NCBI GenBank assembly: GCA_016192455.1
Contig: JACPUC010000030.1
Span: forward strand, 62,001-126,000
From: Candidatus Tectimicrobiota bacterium
GTDB lineage: Bacteria; JACPUC01
DNA: 64,000 nt
Direction of reading: 5' to 3'
Part shown: piece by piece, positions 41,125 through 51,054 of the stretch
How the letters are laid out: each line of letters begins with the position of its first letter
Numbering within the stretch: position 1 is the stretch's first letter
The notes under the pieces: generated by a model
What the model was told of the DNA's origin: nothing
Database searches by the model: none
What the model saw: only the letters and a program-made list of their open reading frames with translations
Position numbers and translations under genes: made by a program

Positions 41125-42225
41125 TCACGCCAGGCGCGCCGGGTCGAAGGCCGCGGCGTCCTCGCGCGGCTGACCAAGGAGGAGGTCCGCCGCCAGCCGG
41201 CCGACGGCGTAGCTCGTGGTGACGCCGTGCCCGCCCAGCCCGGCAAGCCAGAAGAAGCCCGGCAGGCGCGGGTCCCAGCCGATGACGAAGCGCCCGTCAG
41301 GGGTGAGCGTGCGCAGCCCCGCCCAGATGCGCTGCACCTCGATGCGCGGCAGGCGGGGGAAATGGGCCGCCAGCTTCTCCCCCAGCAGGTCGAGGACCGC
41401 GTGGTTGGTCGGCGGCAGGCAGGCGGCCATCTCGTCCTCATCGCAGGCGCTCAGCAGCAAGCCGCCCGACTCCGGCCGGAAGTAGACCTCGTGGGCCACG
41501 TCCCAGATGAACGGCCAGGAGGGATCGACCTCCCGCATCGGCGGCGTGCATACGAGGTGGCGCCGGCAGGGGCGCAGCGGCAGGGCGTCGGCGCCGGCGA
41601 GCCGGGCGAGGGGATTCGCCCAGGCCCCCGCGGCATTGACAAGCAGCTCGGCGCTGATCGGTCCCTGGGTGGTCGTCAGGGCGAAACCCCCGTTGCGCGC
41701 CGCGATCGCCTCCACCCGGCAGGAGGTGAGGAGGCTGGCGCCGGCGGCCTGGCTGGCGCGCACGTAGCCGCTCAGCAGGGCGTGGATGTCAACGACGCCG
41801 TCGCTGGGGCACCAGAGACCGGCCTCGCAGTCGCTGCCCTCGAGGAAGGGGTAGCGGGGGACGAGATCAGGGATCGGCAGGCAGGCTGCTTCCACGTCGT
41901 CGCCGCGGGAGGCCAACAGCCTCTCGGCCAGCGCCTGGTCGCAGAGGAGGAGCGACCCCGTGCGGTTCAGGATCGGCTGCCCCTCGTTGAGCGCCGGGGC
42001 GCCCTCGCGGAGGAACCGGGTGCCCTCCCGGGCGAGGCGGGCGAGATGCGGGTCCGCCACGAGCTGCCGGGCCATGGCCGCGTTGCGTCCCGAGGAGTGC
42101 GCGCCGGGGGTCGGCTCGCTCTCGAGGATCACTACGTCCCGCTCCCCCGCCAGCGTCAGATGGTAGGCGGCGGCAGCCCCGGCAAACCCCGCACCGATGA
42201 TGGCCACGCGCGCGTGCTGTCTCAC
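41125..42225 (-). CDS. FAD-dependent oxidoreductase (DAO/sarcosine oxidase-like)
   Basis: IIGAGFAG, HSSGRNAA, VNAAGAW, WAGLR..TPDG, GLGGHG. Confidence 0.9.
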   Translation of the reverse strand: MRQHARVAIIGAGFAGAAAAYHLTLAGERDVVILESEPTPGAHSSGRNAAMARQLVADPHLARLAREGTRFLREGAPALNEGQPILNRTGSLLLCDQALAERLLASRGDDVEAACLPIPDLVPRYPFLEGSDCEAGLWCPSDGVVDIHALLSGYVRASQAAGASLLTSCRVEAIAARNGGFALTTTQGPISAELLVNAAGAWANPLARLAGADALPLRPCRRHLVCTPPMREVDPSWPFIWDVAHEVYFRPESGGLLLSACDEDEMAACLPPTNHAVLDLLGEKLAAHFPRLPRIEVQRIWAGLRTLTPDGRFVIGWDPRLPGFFWLAGLGGHGVTTSYAVGRLAADLLLGQPREDAAAFDPARLA

Positions 42226-42659
42226 TCGACCTTCTCCTCAGCCTGGGGGGAACGCAGCCTGCCTGCCGCGCCGCGTCCGGGTTCTGGGATGCCGCCGGCC
42301 GTCGTGCCGCGGTCTCTGGGAGGGACCTGTTCCCGCTTCCATCCAGGGCCGACGGGGCTTTCTCCAGCGGCATTCTTTCGATAGTATGCGCAGGTTGCGG
42401 TCTGCCTTCCATGGCATGCCGGACGCGGCCGGGCGGTCAACGTCCACCACGCCGGAGGCGTCGCGTGCCGGGAGGATGCCGGTTCGCTGGGGCGTGGGGG
42501 CGTCAACCGTAGGCTGGCCTTCGGGGAAGCGGGTGCCGGGGGGAAGGAAGCGCGGCGAAACGCCACGGCGCCGCGCCCCGACTGTCGTGTCGTCCTGCCG
42601 CCAAGGAACCTGGCGGAGACGGCGAAGGTGCGCCGTGGAACGCCGCTGGAGAGTCCGTC

Positions 42660-43094
42660 ATGGCCGATGCGGGCCTGCGAGAGAAAATCTATGCGGTCAC
42701 CGATGCCAACTACCTTGCGGTGGTGGCCACGGTGGATGAGCGCGGCGAGTCGCCGAAGCTGCGCATCATGGCGCCGGCGCGCGAGGGGGACGTCTTTTGG
42801 TTCAACAGCACCCACGCCGCGGGCGGCAAGCTGCGGCAGGTGGCGCGGCGTCCCGCTGCGGAGCTCTTCTTCACCCCCGACGGCTATCGCCGCTGCGTGC
42901 TGGCGGCGGGGGAGATGGTTCTCGTCACCGACGGCGACGAGAAGCGCCGCGTCTTCCCGCTCTTTCTGAAGGGCCAGCAGCGCCTCATCGGCAGCCCCGA
43001 GGCGCCGAACTTCAATCTCCTGAAATTCACGACGCGCCGCTACACCTACCTCGATCACGATGCCTCGGAGTTCCACTCCCTGAACGTGGCATGA
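42660..43094 (+). CDS. Pyridoxamine 5'-phosphate oxidase family protein
   Basis: VATVDE..PKLRIM, WFNST...K..Q split-barrel pattern. Confidence 0.7.
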   Translation: MADAGLREKIYAVTDANYLAVVATVDERGESPKLRIMAPAREGDVFWFNSTHAAGGKLRQVARRPAAELFFTPDGYRRCVLAAGEMVLVTDGDEKRRVFPLFLKGQQRLIGSPEAPNFNLLKFTTRRYTYLDHDASEFHSLNVA

Positions 43095-43187
43095 TGGCGC
43101 GGCTGGAATGTCCACCGGCGCACCGGCCCGGCCCTGCGAAGCCGCGCCGGTGTGGGCCGCGCGGGGCCGGTGGCTCTATGCTCAACG

Positions 43188-44231
43188 TTACTCCCGTTTG
43201 TAGGGCCGCGTGTAGACGCCCTTGTCGTAGAGCTTTTCGAGGATGGAGCGGAAGAGGGCGCGGGTCTGGTCGATGCTCTCGATCGGCTGCTCGAGGAAGC
43301 CATCGAGGGGCCAGCCGATCGCCTCGGCGTACTCGCGCGCAAACAGCTCGGCGCGGATCGAGGCCGGGTAGAAGGGCCTCGAGCGCGCGGCGCGCAGGGC
43401 GTTCACGTCGACGAGGGCGCGGATGCTCGCTTCGCCCGGGCCGCCCGTCTTCGCCAGCACCTGCCCTTCGTGGTTGATGATCATGCTGCCGCCGTGGGAG
43501 CAGTCGACGCCGCGCTTGGCGCCCTCGAAGACGCCGATGTTGCAGGTGGCGAAGATCGCCTTGTTCTCGATGGCGCGGGTGATCTTGATGGGACCCCAGT
43601 CGGCGTAGTCGAGCGACTCCGAGGTGCAGTGGAAGATGATCTCGGCGCCGTTCAGCATGGTGCAGCGCGCGTTCTCGGGGTAGAGCAGCTCGCCGCAAGT
43701 GATCACCCCGACGCGCCCGTGCGGCGTCTCGAGGACGGGGAAGAGCGCCTGCCGGCCGTAACGCTCGACGAACTCGGAGTAGATGTCCGACGGCGTGGTG
43801 TAGGGGAGGAGCCAGGAGTTGTTGTTGATCTTCCAGTGCTTCAGCACCACCTCGCCGGTGGGGCTGATGATGAAGGAGGTGTTGAAAAAGCGCCCCGGCC
43901 AGTCGTCGTGCACCTCGGCCATGTTGGCGACGATGTAGACCCCCAGCTCCTTCGCCTTCTGGCCCATGAGGTCGGTAACGGGGCCGGGGATCGGCACGGC
44001 GATCTTCATCCAGTCCTTCACTGGCATCTCTTTCCAGGCGCCGTTGATGCCGTACTCCGGCATGACGATGAAGCGCACGTCGCTGCGGCCGAAGGAGGCG
44101 ACGTAGTCCATGAGATCGAAGGCGCGCTCCAGGTTGGCGTGGATGTGCTTGTCGCGCTCCCTGCGGTTCGTCGAGGCCTGGTGAGCCACGCTCTGCAGAC
44201 AGGCGATGCCGAAGGGCTCAACGTAGTCCAT
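43188..44231 (-). CDS. Nitrilase-related carbon-nitrogen hydrolase
   Basis: E-K-C triad: VMPEY, HWKIN, ITCGE. Confidence 0.88.
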   Translation of the reverse strand: MDYVEPFGIACLQSVAHQASTNRRERDKHIHANLERAFDLMDYVASFGRSDVRFIVMPEYGINGAWKEMPVKDWMKIAVPIPGPVTDLMGQKAKELGVYIVANMAEVHDDWPGRFFNTSFIISPTGEVVLKHWKINNNSWLLPYTTPSDIYSEFVERYGRQALFPVLETPHGRVGVITCGELLYPENARCTMLNGAEIIFHCTSESLDYADWGPIKITRAIENKAIFATCNIGVFEGAKRGVDCSHGGSMIINHEGQVLAKTGGPGEASIRALVDVNALRAARSRPFYPASIRAELFAREYAEAIGWPLDGFLEQPIESIDQTRALFRSILEKLYDKGVYTRPYKRE

Positions 44232-44292
44232 GGCGTTTCCTTTCGCTCCACCATTGGCGAGGCGCGCCGCTCGGAACTTCCGGGTCCTGCTG

Positions 44293-45324
44293 CTACAGAT
44301 AGTCGTTGGAGTAGAGCGACTGCAGCTCCTCGTCGGTCAACATGCGTTTGATCTTCTTTCCTTCCAGGAGAAATTTCGCGGCGTTGCGCATCCCCTCGGG
44401 CGAGAACTTCCCATCCGGCGAGGTGGCCGCGATGATGCGCTCCACGCTCAGGCGCAGGACCTTCTCGGGCGTCTTCGAGAAGCGCTTCTGGAACAGGGGG
44501 AAGAGCTCGTCCACCTGGTGCGATTTGATAAACTCGTTCGCCCGGCGCACCGCCCCGGCCACTTTCCGGGTGATGTCGGCATGGTCCTTGGCATAGGCGA
44601 CGGTGGTGTGGAGCGAGCCGTAGTCGAACGGCCAGAGGGCCTTCAGGTCGCCGAGAGGGGCGCTGATGAGGGTCGCGCCGAACCCCTCGACCACCGGCAC
44701 CATGGTGTTCGGCAGGGCATGCGCGAAGGCCTTGATGTCACCCCGGCGCAGGGCGGCGATATTGGCCTCGGGGGTGCCGAGCGGCACCTTCGTGACGTCG
44801 CGCTCAGGGTTGAGCCCCTGGCTTCCCAGGGCGTAGGAGACGAAGAGGTCGGGCACGCCCCCCCGGCTGGAGATGCCGACGCGCAGCCCTTTCAGCGCCG
44901 CCACCCGCGCCGCCAGCGGCGAGGCGGCGGTGATGCCGCGCTCCTTGGCCTCCTCGGTGCTCATGACGATCTCGATCGTCATGGTGTTCTGGAAGAGGGC
45001 GATGTTCAGCGGCTTCTCACCCTTCTCGAAGACCTGGATTGTCGAGGGGACCGAGTTGGCGCCGAACTGCGCGTTGCCCGCCAGCACCGCCGCCATGGCC
45101 AGGGGCGAGCCTTTCATGCGCACCTCTTTGACCTGCAGGCCGGCATCCTTGTAGTAACCGTTCAAGGTGGCGATCTCGAGGGGCGCCCATGAGAGGCTCA
45201 CCGGCGAGGAGTAGGCGATGGTCACCTCCTCTCCCTGAGCCGGCGTTGTCAGGCTGGCGGCGAGTAGCGTGATGAGCAGAAGCATGAGCGGTCGCAGGAC
45301 GTTCGTTGCGCGCATGGCCACCAT
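44293..45324 (-). CDS. ABC transporter substrate-binding protein (NMT1/SsuA-like)
   Basis: Signal peptide; GYYKDAGL.V, LKGLRVG; follows permease; start uncertain. Confidence 0.88.
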   Translation of the reverse strand: MVAMRATNVLRPLMLLLITLLAASLTTPAQGEEVTIAYSSPVSLSWAPLEIATLNGYYKDAGLQVKEVRMKGSPLAMAAVLAGNAQFGANSVPSTIQVFEKGEKPLNIALFQNTMTIEIVMSTEEAKERGITAASPLAARVAALKGLRVGISSRGGVPDLFVSYALGSQGLNPERDVTKVPLGTPEANIAALRRGDIKAFAHALPNTMVPVVEGFGATLISAPLGDLKALWPFDYGSLHTTVAYAKDHADITRKVAGAVRRANEFIKSHQVDELFPLFQKRFSKTPEKVLRLSVERIIAATSPDGKFSPEGMRNAAKFLLEGKKIKRMLTDEELQSLYSNDYL

Positions 45325-45365
45325 CCCCCTGGGTATGTTCCCCTTGCGGGTCCCCGCCGTGGGTT

Positions 45366-46253
45366 CTAGAGAACCTCGCGATCCTCGACGCGGGTCGTGC
45401 CGCGCTCCTCTTGCGGCCGCCACTTCAAGAGACGGCGCTCGGAGGTTTTGAGGATCTCGTTGATGAGCATGATGATGACGGCGATCAAGACAACGCCGGC
45501 GAAGACGCCGGAGGTGTCGTACTGCCCCGAGGCGTCCATGATGAGGTAGCCGATCCCCTTGTCCGAGGCGATGAACTCACCCACGATGGCGGCGGTGAGG
45601 GCGTAGGGAAGCGCCACCTTCAGCCCGGCGATGACGTAGGGCACGCAGCTCGGCAGCACCACCGTGCGCTCCACCTGCCAGGGGGTGGCTCCCATGACGC
45701 GGGCCACCTTTGTCAGCTCCACGTCCACGCCGCGGATGCCGGCGTAAGTGTTGAAGAAGACGATGAAGAAGGCGAGGAGGCCGGCGAGGTAAATCTTCGA
45801 CAGCAGGCCGATGCCGAACCACAAGATGAAGAGCGGCGCAAGAGTGATCTTGGGGATGCCGTAGATCGTCATGAGGAACGGATCGAGCGCCTCGGCCAGG
45901 TTCTCGAAGCGGCTGATGGCGAAGGCGAAGATGAGGCCCAACAGACCCCCCGCCACGTAGCCGGAAAGCGCCTCGAAGAGGGTGATGCGGATGTGCAGCA
46001 GGGCGTCGCCCGAGGTGATGAGCGCCCACAGGCTCTGCCAGGTCAGCAGGGGCGAGCTCACCCAGAAATGGCCCAGGCTGCGGCTGGCAAGAACCCAGAG
46101 GACCAGGAAGAAGGCGATGATGATGAACCGGTAGCTGTTCACCCGCACCCAGATCAGGAGCCGTCTGCGGGTGCGCGTCGTAGACCCCTCCGGAGCAGTG
46201 AGGATGTCCACCTCCGCCGCGGGGTCTTCCCTGCTCCGCGCGCTTTTGACCAT
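45366..46253 (-). CDS. ABC transporter permease (SsuC-like)
   Basis: PKITLAPLFILWFGIG, AIVGEFI..GIGY. Confidence 0.92.
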   Translation of the reverse strand: MVKSARSREDPAAEVDILTAPEGSTTRTRRRLLIWVRVNSYRFIIIAFFLVLWVLASRSLGHFWVSSPLLTWQSLWALITSGDALLHIRITLFEALSGYVAGGLLGLIFAFAISRFENLAEALDPFLMTIYGIPKITLAPLFILWFGIGLLSKIYLAGLLAFFIVFFNTYAGIRGVDVELTKVARVMGATPWQVERTVVLPSCVPYVIAGLKVALPYALTAAIVGEFIASDKGIGYLIMDASGQYDTSGVFAGVVLIAVIIMLINEILKTSERRLLKWRPQEERGTTRVEDREVL

Positions 46254-46277
46254 CCGCTTCTCCCTCACGCACACCCT

Positions 46278-47060
46278 TTAGCGCTTGAACTCCTTCAGGA
46301 CGCGCAGGTAGAGCTCGGTGAACTGCTGATCTTCAAGGGGATACTCAAGATGGCGGGGTCGCGGCAGGGCAACCTCGTACTCGCACTGCACCGACGCCGG
46401 CCGATTGCCGAGGAGGATGGTGCGGTCGGCGAGCAGGATGGCCTCGATGAGATCGTGGGTGATGAAGAGGATGGTCTTCTTCGTGCGTTGCCACAGGGAG
46501 AGGAGCTCGCGGTGCAGCTCCGTGCGGGTGTAGGCGTCGAGCGCCCCGAAGGGCTCGTCCATGAGGATGATGGGGGGATCATAGATGAGCGTGCGGATGA
46601 GGGAGACGCGTTTGCGCATGCCGCCGGAGAGCTCATGCGGGTAGTGCTGGGCGAACTCCGCCAGCCCCACCATCTCCAGCAGCTCCCCGACCCGTTCCTT
46701 CTGCTCCGGCAGCGGCACCCCGGCAAGCTCCAGGGGGTAGCGCACGTTGTCGAAGACGAGCCGCCAGGGGAAAAGGTTGTCGTTCTGGGTGATGTAGCCG
46801 ATCCGCCGCTTGAAGCCTGGATGGAGGCGGCCGTTGTAGGTATGCCCCGCCACGGTGATCGAGCCGGCCGACGGCGGCAGCAGGCCGACGAGGATGTTCA
46901 GCAGCGTCGACTTGCCGCACCCCGAAGGACCAATGATGGTGACAAACCCGCCCTCCGGCACCGTGAAGCTCAGATTCTGCAACACGTTCACGTGCCGGAC
47001 CTCGCCGCCGCGCTCGACAACAAAGGACTTGCTGAGGTTTTCGACGCGCAGCAAGGACAT
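46278..47060 (-). CDS. ABC transporter ATP-binding protein
   Basis: GPSGCGKST, LSGGMRKR, LMDEPFGALD, ITHD. Confidence 0.95.
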   Translation of the reverse strand: MSLLRVENLSKSFVVERGGEVRHVNVLQNLSFTVPEGGFVTIIGPSGCGKSTLLNILVGLLPPSAGSITVAGHTYNGRLHPGFKRRIGYITQNDNLFPWRLVFDNVRYPLELAGVPLPEQKERVGELLEMVGLAEFAQHYPHELSGGMRKRVSLIRTLIYDPPIILMDEPFGALDAYTRTELHRELLSLWQRTKKTILFITHDLIEAILLADRTILLGNRPASVQCEYEVALPRPRHLEYPLEDQQFTELYLRVLKEFKR

Positions 47061-47189
47061 GGCAGGTGACCTGTGGCGCGGGCGGGGGTTGCGGCGTGGT
47101 GATGCTCCCCAACGTACACAAAAGCCGCGCCGGAGTCAACAGCCCCCCTCACCCTCGCGGCGCCTGTAGGACAGTTGCACAGAGGCGTG

Positions 47190-47655
47190 TCGCCCTCCGC
47201 GCCTCGGCGGTGCAATCCTTTGAACCGCGGAGACGCGGAGGGCGCAGAGATGCGAGGACGGTCTTCCCGCCTGTCGACCGTAGGGCGGTTCGCGAACCGC
47301 CCCTACATCGGGATGCGGGGAACCACTGATGAACACTGATGGACACTGATAGGCGTAAATTCGTCTCCCTCCGTGGATCACCCTTCCTCCGCGCCCTCTG
47401 CGTCTCGGCGGTGCAATCCTTTGAACCGCAGAGACGCGGAGCGCGCAGAGGTGGAGGACACCGGCCGCGCGACCGTCAGCCTCACCGCGCCAGGCGTCTT
47501 GCCTGTCACCATGGGACGGGATAATGACAGACAGGATGCTCCGCCTACGGGGAACAAGGCGCCGCCAGAACTCCTGCCTCGGGCGCTTCCGGTCTGTCAG
47601 CGCACCCTTGAGACACACCTCTCCGTGTGAATCCGTGTCCATCCGTGGTTCCGCG
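47190..47655. repeat. Composite intergenic repeat island with REP-like palindrome (47280-47306) and duplicated palindromic units
   Basis: CTCGGCGGTGCAATCCTTTGAACCGC(G/A)GAGACGCGGAG twice; tandem ACACTGAT units; ATCCGTG units. Confidence 0.8.
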
Positions 47656-47702
47656 CGCATCCGGTCTGTCAGCGAAATTTTGAGCTACGCAAGCAGGGTG
47701 AT

Positions 47703-48401
47703 TCAGAGGTAGGCCGGCAGGTCGGTGAGTGAGGGCATTGAAGGGCAGTCGGCGTCGGGATGGAGCCGGTGGGGGTCGAGGAGGAGCGGCTGCATGCCGG
47801 CGGCGCGGGCGCCGAGGACATCGGCGTAGTAGTTGTCGCCGACGTGCAGGGCGCGCTGCGGCGCCACGCCGGCCTGGGCCAACGCATGCTGGAAGATGCC
47901 GGCATCCGGCTTCGAGGAGCCGACGAGCATGGAGGCGTGGATGCCGTCGAAGTAAGGGCTGAGGCCGTGCTCATCGCAGTGGCGGCTCAGGGAGGCGTCC
48001 CAGTTGGAGATGATCCCCAGGTGGTAGCCGGTGCCGCGCAGCTCGCGCAGCAGCTCGTGGACCCCCGGCGGGCAGACCATCTTTTGCTCTTGGCGGAGGG
48101 CGCGCTGCTTTTCCTGCACCTGCTCGATGAGCTCCGGGGTGATCGGCGCGATCCCAACCGCCTCGAGGAAGGCGCGGAAGAACTCCTCCTCAAGCGCCTT
48201 CGGCGACACCCCCGCATCGCGCAGGCGGGCGTCGAAGCTGCTCATCGCCTGGCGGGCCCAGCGCATGCCAGCGGCGCGCTGCTGCGGGGAGACGCGCCAG
48301 CCGAGCTGCTCGAGGACGGTGTAGAAGACCTCCTCGTGCGACGGCCGGTGGTAGACGAGGGTCTCCCCCATATCGAAGAAGATGGCGTCATACTTCCGCA
48401 C
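47703..48401 (-). CDS. HAD family hydrolase
   Basis: FFDMGETL, ISNWD, KPD..IF, HVGDNYYADV.GA. Confidence 0.92.
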   Translation of the reverse strand: MRKYDAIFFDMGETLVYHRPSHEEVFYTVLEQLGWRVSPQQRAAGMRWARQAMSSFDARLRDAGVSPKALEEEFFRAFLEAVGIAPITPELIEQVQEKQRALRQEQKMVCPPGVHELLRELRGTGYHLGIISNWDASLSRHCDEHGLSPYFDGIHASMLVGSSKPDAGIFQHALAQAGVAPQRALHVGDNYYADVLGARAAGMQPLLLDPHRLHPDADCPSMPSLTDLPAYL

Positions 48402-48479
48402 GGGACCCTCCGCTCCGTTGCCGCCAGGGGCGCCGCAGGACCGCCTCCCCCGCCGCGCGCGGCGCCACCGGCGCGCCGT

Positions 48480-48884
48480 TCAGGCCACCAGGGCGATGCA
48501 GTCGATCTCCACCATCATCCCCTCGATCGCTAGTTTGCGCACCTCGACCATGGTGGAGACCGGCGGGTTGTGCACGTCGATGAACTCCGCCCGCACGTTG
48601 CGCACCGGCCACTGGTGGTTGGCGATGTCGAGGAGGTAGATGGTCATCTTCACCACGTCCTTGAACGCCGCCCCGGCCAGCTCGAGGTGCCGCTTGAGGT
48701 TCCGAAAGGTGGCGCGCGCCTGGGCTTCGATGTCGCCGGCACCGATGACCTTCATGTTCTCATCCAGCGGTCCCTGGCCGGCAATGAAGACGAACGAAGC
48801 GGGATTCTTTACTCTGATCGCATGGCTGTACCCGCGCGGGATGGACTTCATGGCGCCGGATGGATTGAAGAACTCACGTTCCAA
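48480..48884 (-). CDS. RidA/YjgF family protein
   Basis: YSHAI, FIAGQ, DVVKMTIYL, PVSTMVEV..L, VEID. Confidence 0.9.
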   Translation of the reverse strand: MEREFFNPSGAMKSIPRGYSHAIRVKNPASFVFIAGQGPLDENMKVIGAGDIEAQARATFRNLKRHLELAGAAFKDVVKMTIYLLDIANHQWPVRNVRAEFIDVHNPPVSTMVEVRKLAIEGMMVEIDCIALVA

Positions 48885-49005
48885 GGCTCAGCTCCTTCCT
48901 CGCTGGTGATGACCTCCGTGGCCGAGATTGATCCAGAATCGCACTGCTCACCGGCTGGCCGGGAGGGGGGATTGCGCTTGCCAGCCACCGCTCGGCCCGC
49001 CCGTC

Positions 49006-50112
49006 TCAGGCGCCGGAGAGCAGCATCGGCGTGAACGTCTTCTCCACGCGCTGCTGGTGGCCGTTCTCCGCGTAGGCTTCCTCGCGGGAGAGGTTGAAGG
49101 TGTCGTAGATCGGCTTGTCGCTTATCACGAAGAAGCGGCTCTCCTCTGCCGCGGTGTTGACATGTTCATGCCAGTACCACGGTGGGATCATGAAGAGGTC
49201 GCCCGGCGCCCAGTTGAAACGCTCGCCGTTCAGGACGCTGTAGCCGGCGCCGTCGAGGACGAAGCAGATGGCGCTGCTGGTGTGCCGGTGGGCGCGGGTG
49301 TGCTCGCCGGGCCGCAGGAGCTGCGCGTAGCAGGCCATGGTCGGCAGCACCGGCCCCTGCCGGAAGGGATTGACGTACTCCAGGAGGATGCCGTCAAAAG
49401 GGCTGCCCTCTGATCCCTGCAAGTACTGCAGCGCGCGCGCGGTCTCCGTCCAGCGGTAGGTCGCCAGCGGCACGGGTTCCGCGTAGGTCTCCCAGGTGGG
49501 GCGCGCGAAGCCCATCCAGTTGGCCGTATACCCCAGCGGCTTGGTGAAGGGATGGCGGGCCTCCGGATAGGCATTGAAGAAGCTCACCTGCATGAGCTGG
49601 TTGAACGGGTAGTCGAGGGCGTCCACCCAGATGATGGGCTCGGTGGTCTCGTTGCCGTGGTCGTGCCAGGTCCAGCTTGGGGTGAGGATGAGGTCGCGCT
49701 CCTCCATGTAGAGCGGCTCCCCCTGCACGGCGGTGTAGGAGCCTCTTCCCTTGACGATGAAACGGATGGCATTGGCCAGGTGGCGGTGCGCCGGCGCCAC
49801 TTCGCCCGGTTTCACCAACTGCACGGCGGCGCCGATGGTGTGGGTGGTGCCCATGATGTGCCGCAGGGCGGGGTTGACCAGCTCGAACGAACGCCGCTCG
49901 GCGCCCCGCTCGAGGTCCACCAGCTCGCCGGCGCGCCGCAGGTAGTGCAGCAGCACCTCCCACTTCCACAGGTAGGGCGCATAGCTCACCTTCGGCTGGG
50001 GGGTGATCAGGCTCGTGTAGTAGGCCCAGGTCGGCGTGAGGTTCTGCTTCAGCAACTCGGCGTTGAGCCGTTCGAGCTCGACATCCCGGCTCGCCTCGGT
50101 GCGGCTTGCCAT
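49006..50112 (-). CDS. Gentisate 1,2-dioxygenase-like bicupin
   Basis: AERR..LVNP, APAHRH..AIRF, WHDHGN, EYVNP, HRHTSS, WHEH. Confidence 0.9.
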   Translation of the reverse strand: MASRTEASRDVELERLNAELLKQNLTPTWAYYTSLITPQPKVSYAPYLWKWEVLLHYLRRAGELVDLERGAERRSFELVNPALRHIMGTTHTIGAAVQLVKPGEVAPAHRHLANAIRFIVKGRGSYTAVQGEPLYMEERDLILTPSWTWHDHGNETTEPIIWVDALDYPFNQLMQVSFFNAYPEARHPFTKPLGYTANWMGFARPTWETYAEPVPLATYRWTETARALQYLQGSEGSPFDGILLEYVNPFRQGPVLPTMACYAQLLRPGEHTRAHRHTSSAICFVLDGAGYSVLNGERFNWAPGDLFMIPPWYWHEHVNTAAEESRFFVISDKPIYDTFNLSREEAYAENGHQQRVEKTFTPMLLSGA

Positions 50113-50424
50113 GCTTCGCTCTCCTCCCACGCCTCCCTGCCACGGACGGCGGCGCGGGAACGCCGCCGCGGCGGGCGGCGCCCTCGGTGGGTCCAGGTCG
50201 CCTCCGGCCGGCGTGGCCGCCGGGAGGGTCACGGACCCTGGCAGGCCGGCATGCATCCCAGGAAGCCGCTGGATGTCCTGCCCTTGCAGCCGATACGTCG
50301 GCGGCAGCCGTTTTTCACAGTCGTTATAGAGTATCCCCAGGAGACGGCCAAGATCAACGGCATTCCACGCTGAACCGAGTAACAGACGCGCGCGGCCGTT
50401 GCCGGCTCAGACCCCGACGGCGAA

Positions 50425-50454
50425 TTGACACCCTGAAGCTCTCTCATCTACAAT
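50425..50454 (+). promoter_or_regulatory. Putative sigma70 promoter for coxG-like/pilT/pilU
   Basis: TTGACA-N18-TACAAT. Confidence 0.55.
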
Positions 50455-50566
50455 CCTTGCGTGGGTTCGAGCTCCGGCCTGGGGCGGCGCCTCGGAAGTC
50501 TCGCTGCGTGTGCGGCGAGCGGCAGATTTGCGCATACTACCTGGAGACAGTGACGGGAACGCAACC

Positions 50567-51013
50567 ATGGAGTTTCACGAGACCTTTACGATCAAGGCCC
50601 CAATTCAACAGGTGTGGGATTTCCTCTGGAACCCGCGGCAGATGTTGGAGTGCGTGCCGGGCTGCGAAGACGTGGAGCAGGTGGATGAGAACAACTTCCG
50701 CGTCCTGCTGAAGGTGAAGGTCGGCTTCCTGTCGGCCAACTTCAAGGCGAAGCTGAGCGTCACGGAGAAGAAGCCGCCGCACTTCTTCACCTCGGTTGGC
50801 ACCGGCGAGGACTCGCGGCTCGGCAGCTTGGTGAAGCAGAGCAATACGGTGACCCTCACCGAGCTCTCTCCGGGCGCGACCGAGGTGGACCTGAAGTCGG
50901 AAGTGAGCATGTTCGGCAAGCTGGGCACCCTCGGCTACAGCGTCATTAAAGGCAAGGCGGCGAAGCTCACCGAGGAGTTTGCTGCGAACGTGCGGCAGCG
51001 GTTGGAGAAGTAG
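50567..51013 (+). CDS. CoxG/SRPBCC family protein
   Basis: APIQQVWDFL.NP...CVPGCE, KVKVG, GKLGTLG. Confidence 0.85.
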   Translation: MEFHETFTIKAPIQQVWDFLWNPRQMLECVPGCEDVEQVDENNFRVLLKVKVGFLSANFKAKLSVTEKKPPHFFTSVGTGEDSRLGSLVKQSNTVTLTELSPGATEVDLKSEVSMFGKLGTLGYSVIKGKAAKLTEEFAANVRQRLEK

Positions 51014-51054
51014 CCGGACGAGACCTCGGCCGGCGGGCTACAGGGAGCGTGGGC

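Noticed and set aside
47190-47655. CRISPR array
   Set aside because: Only two copies of the long unit, irregular spacing, no cas genes
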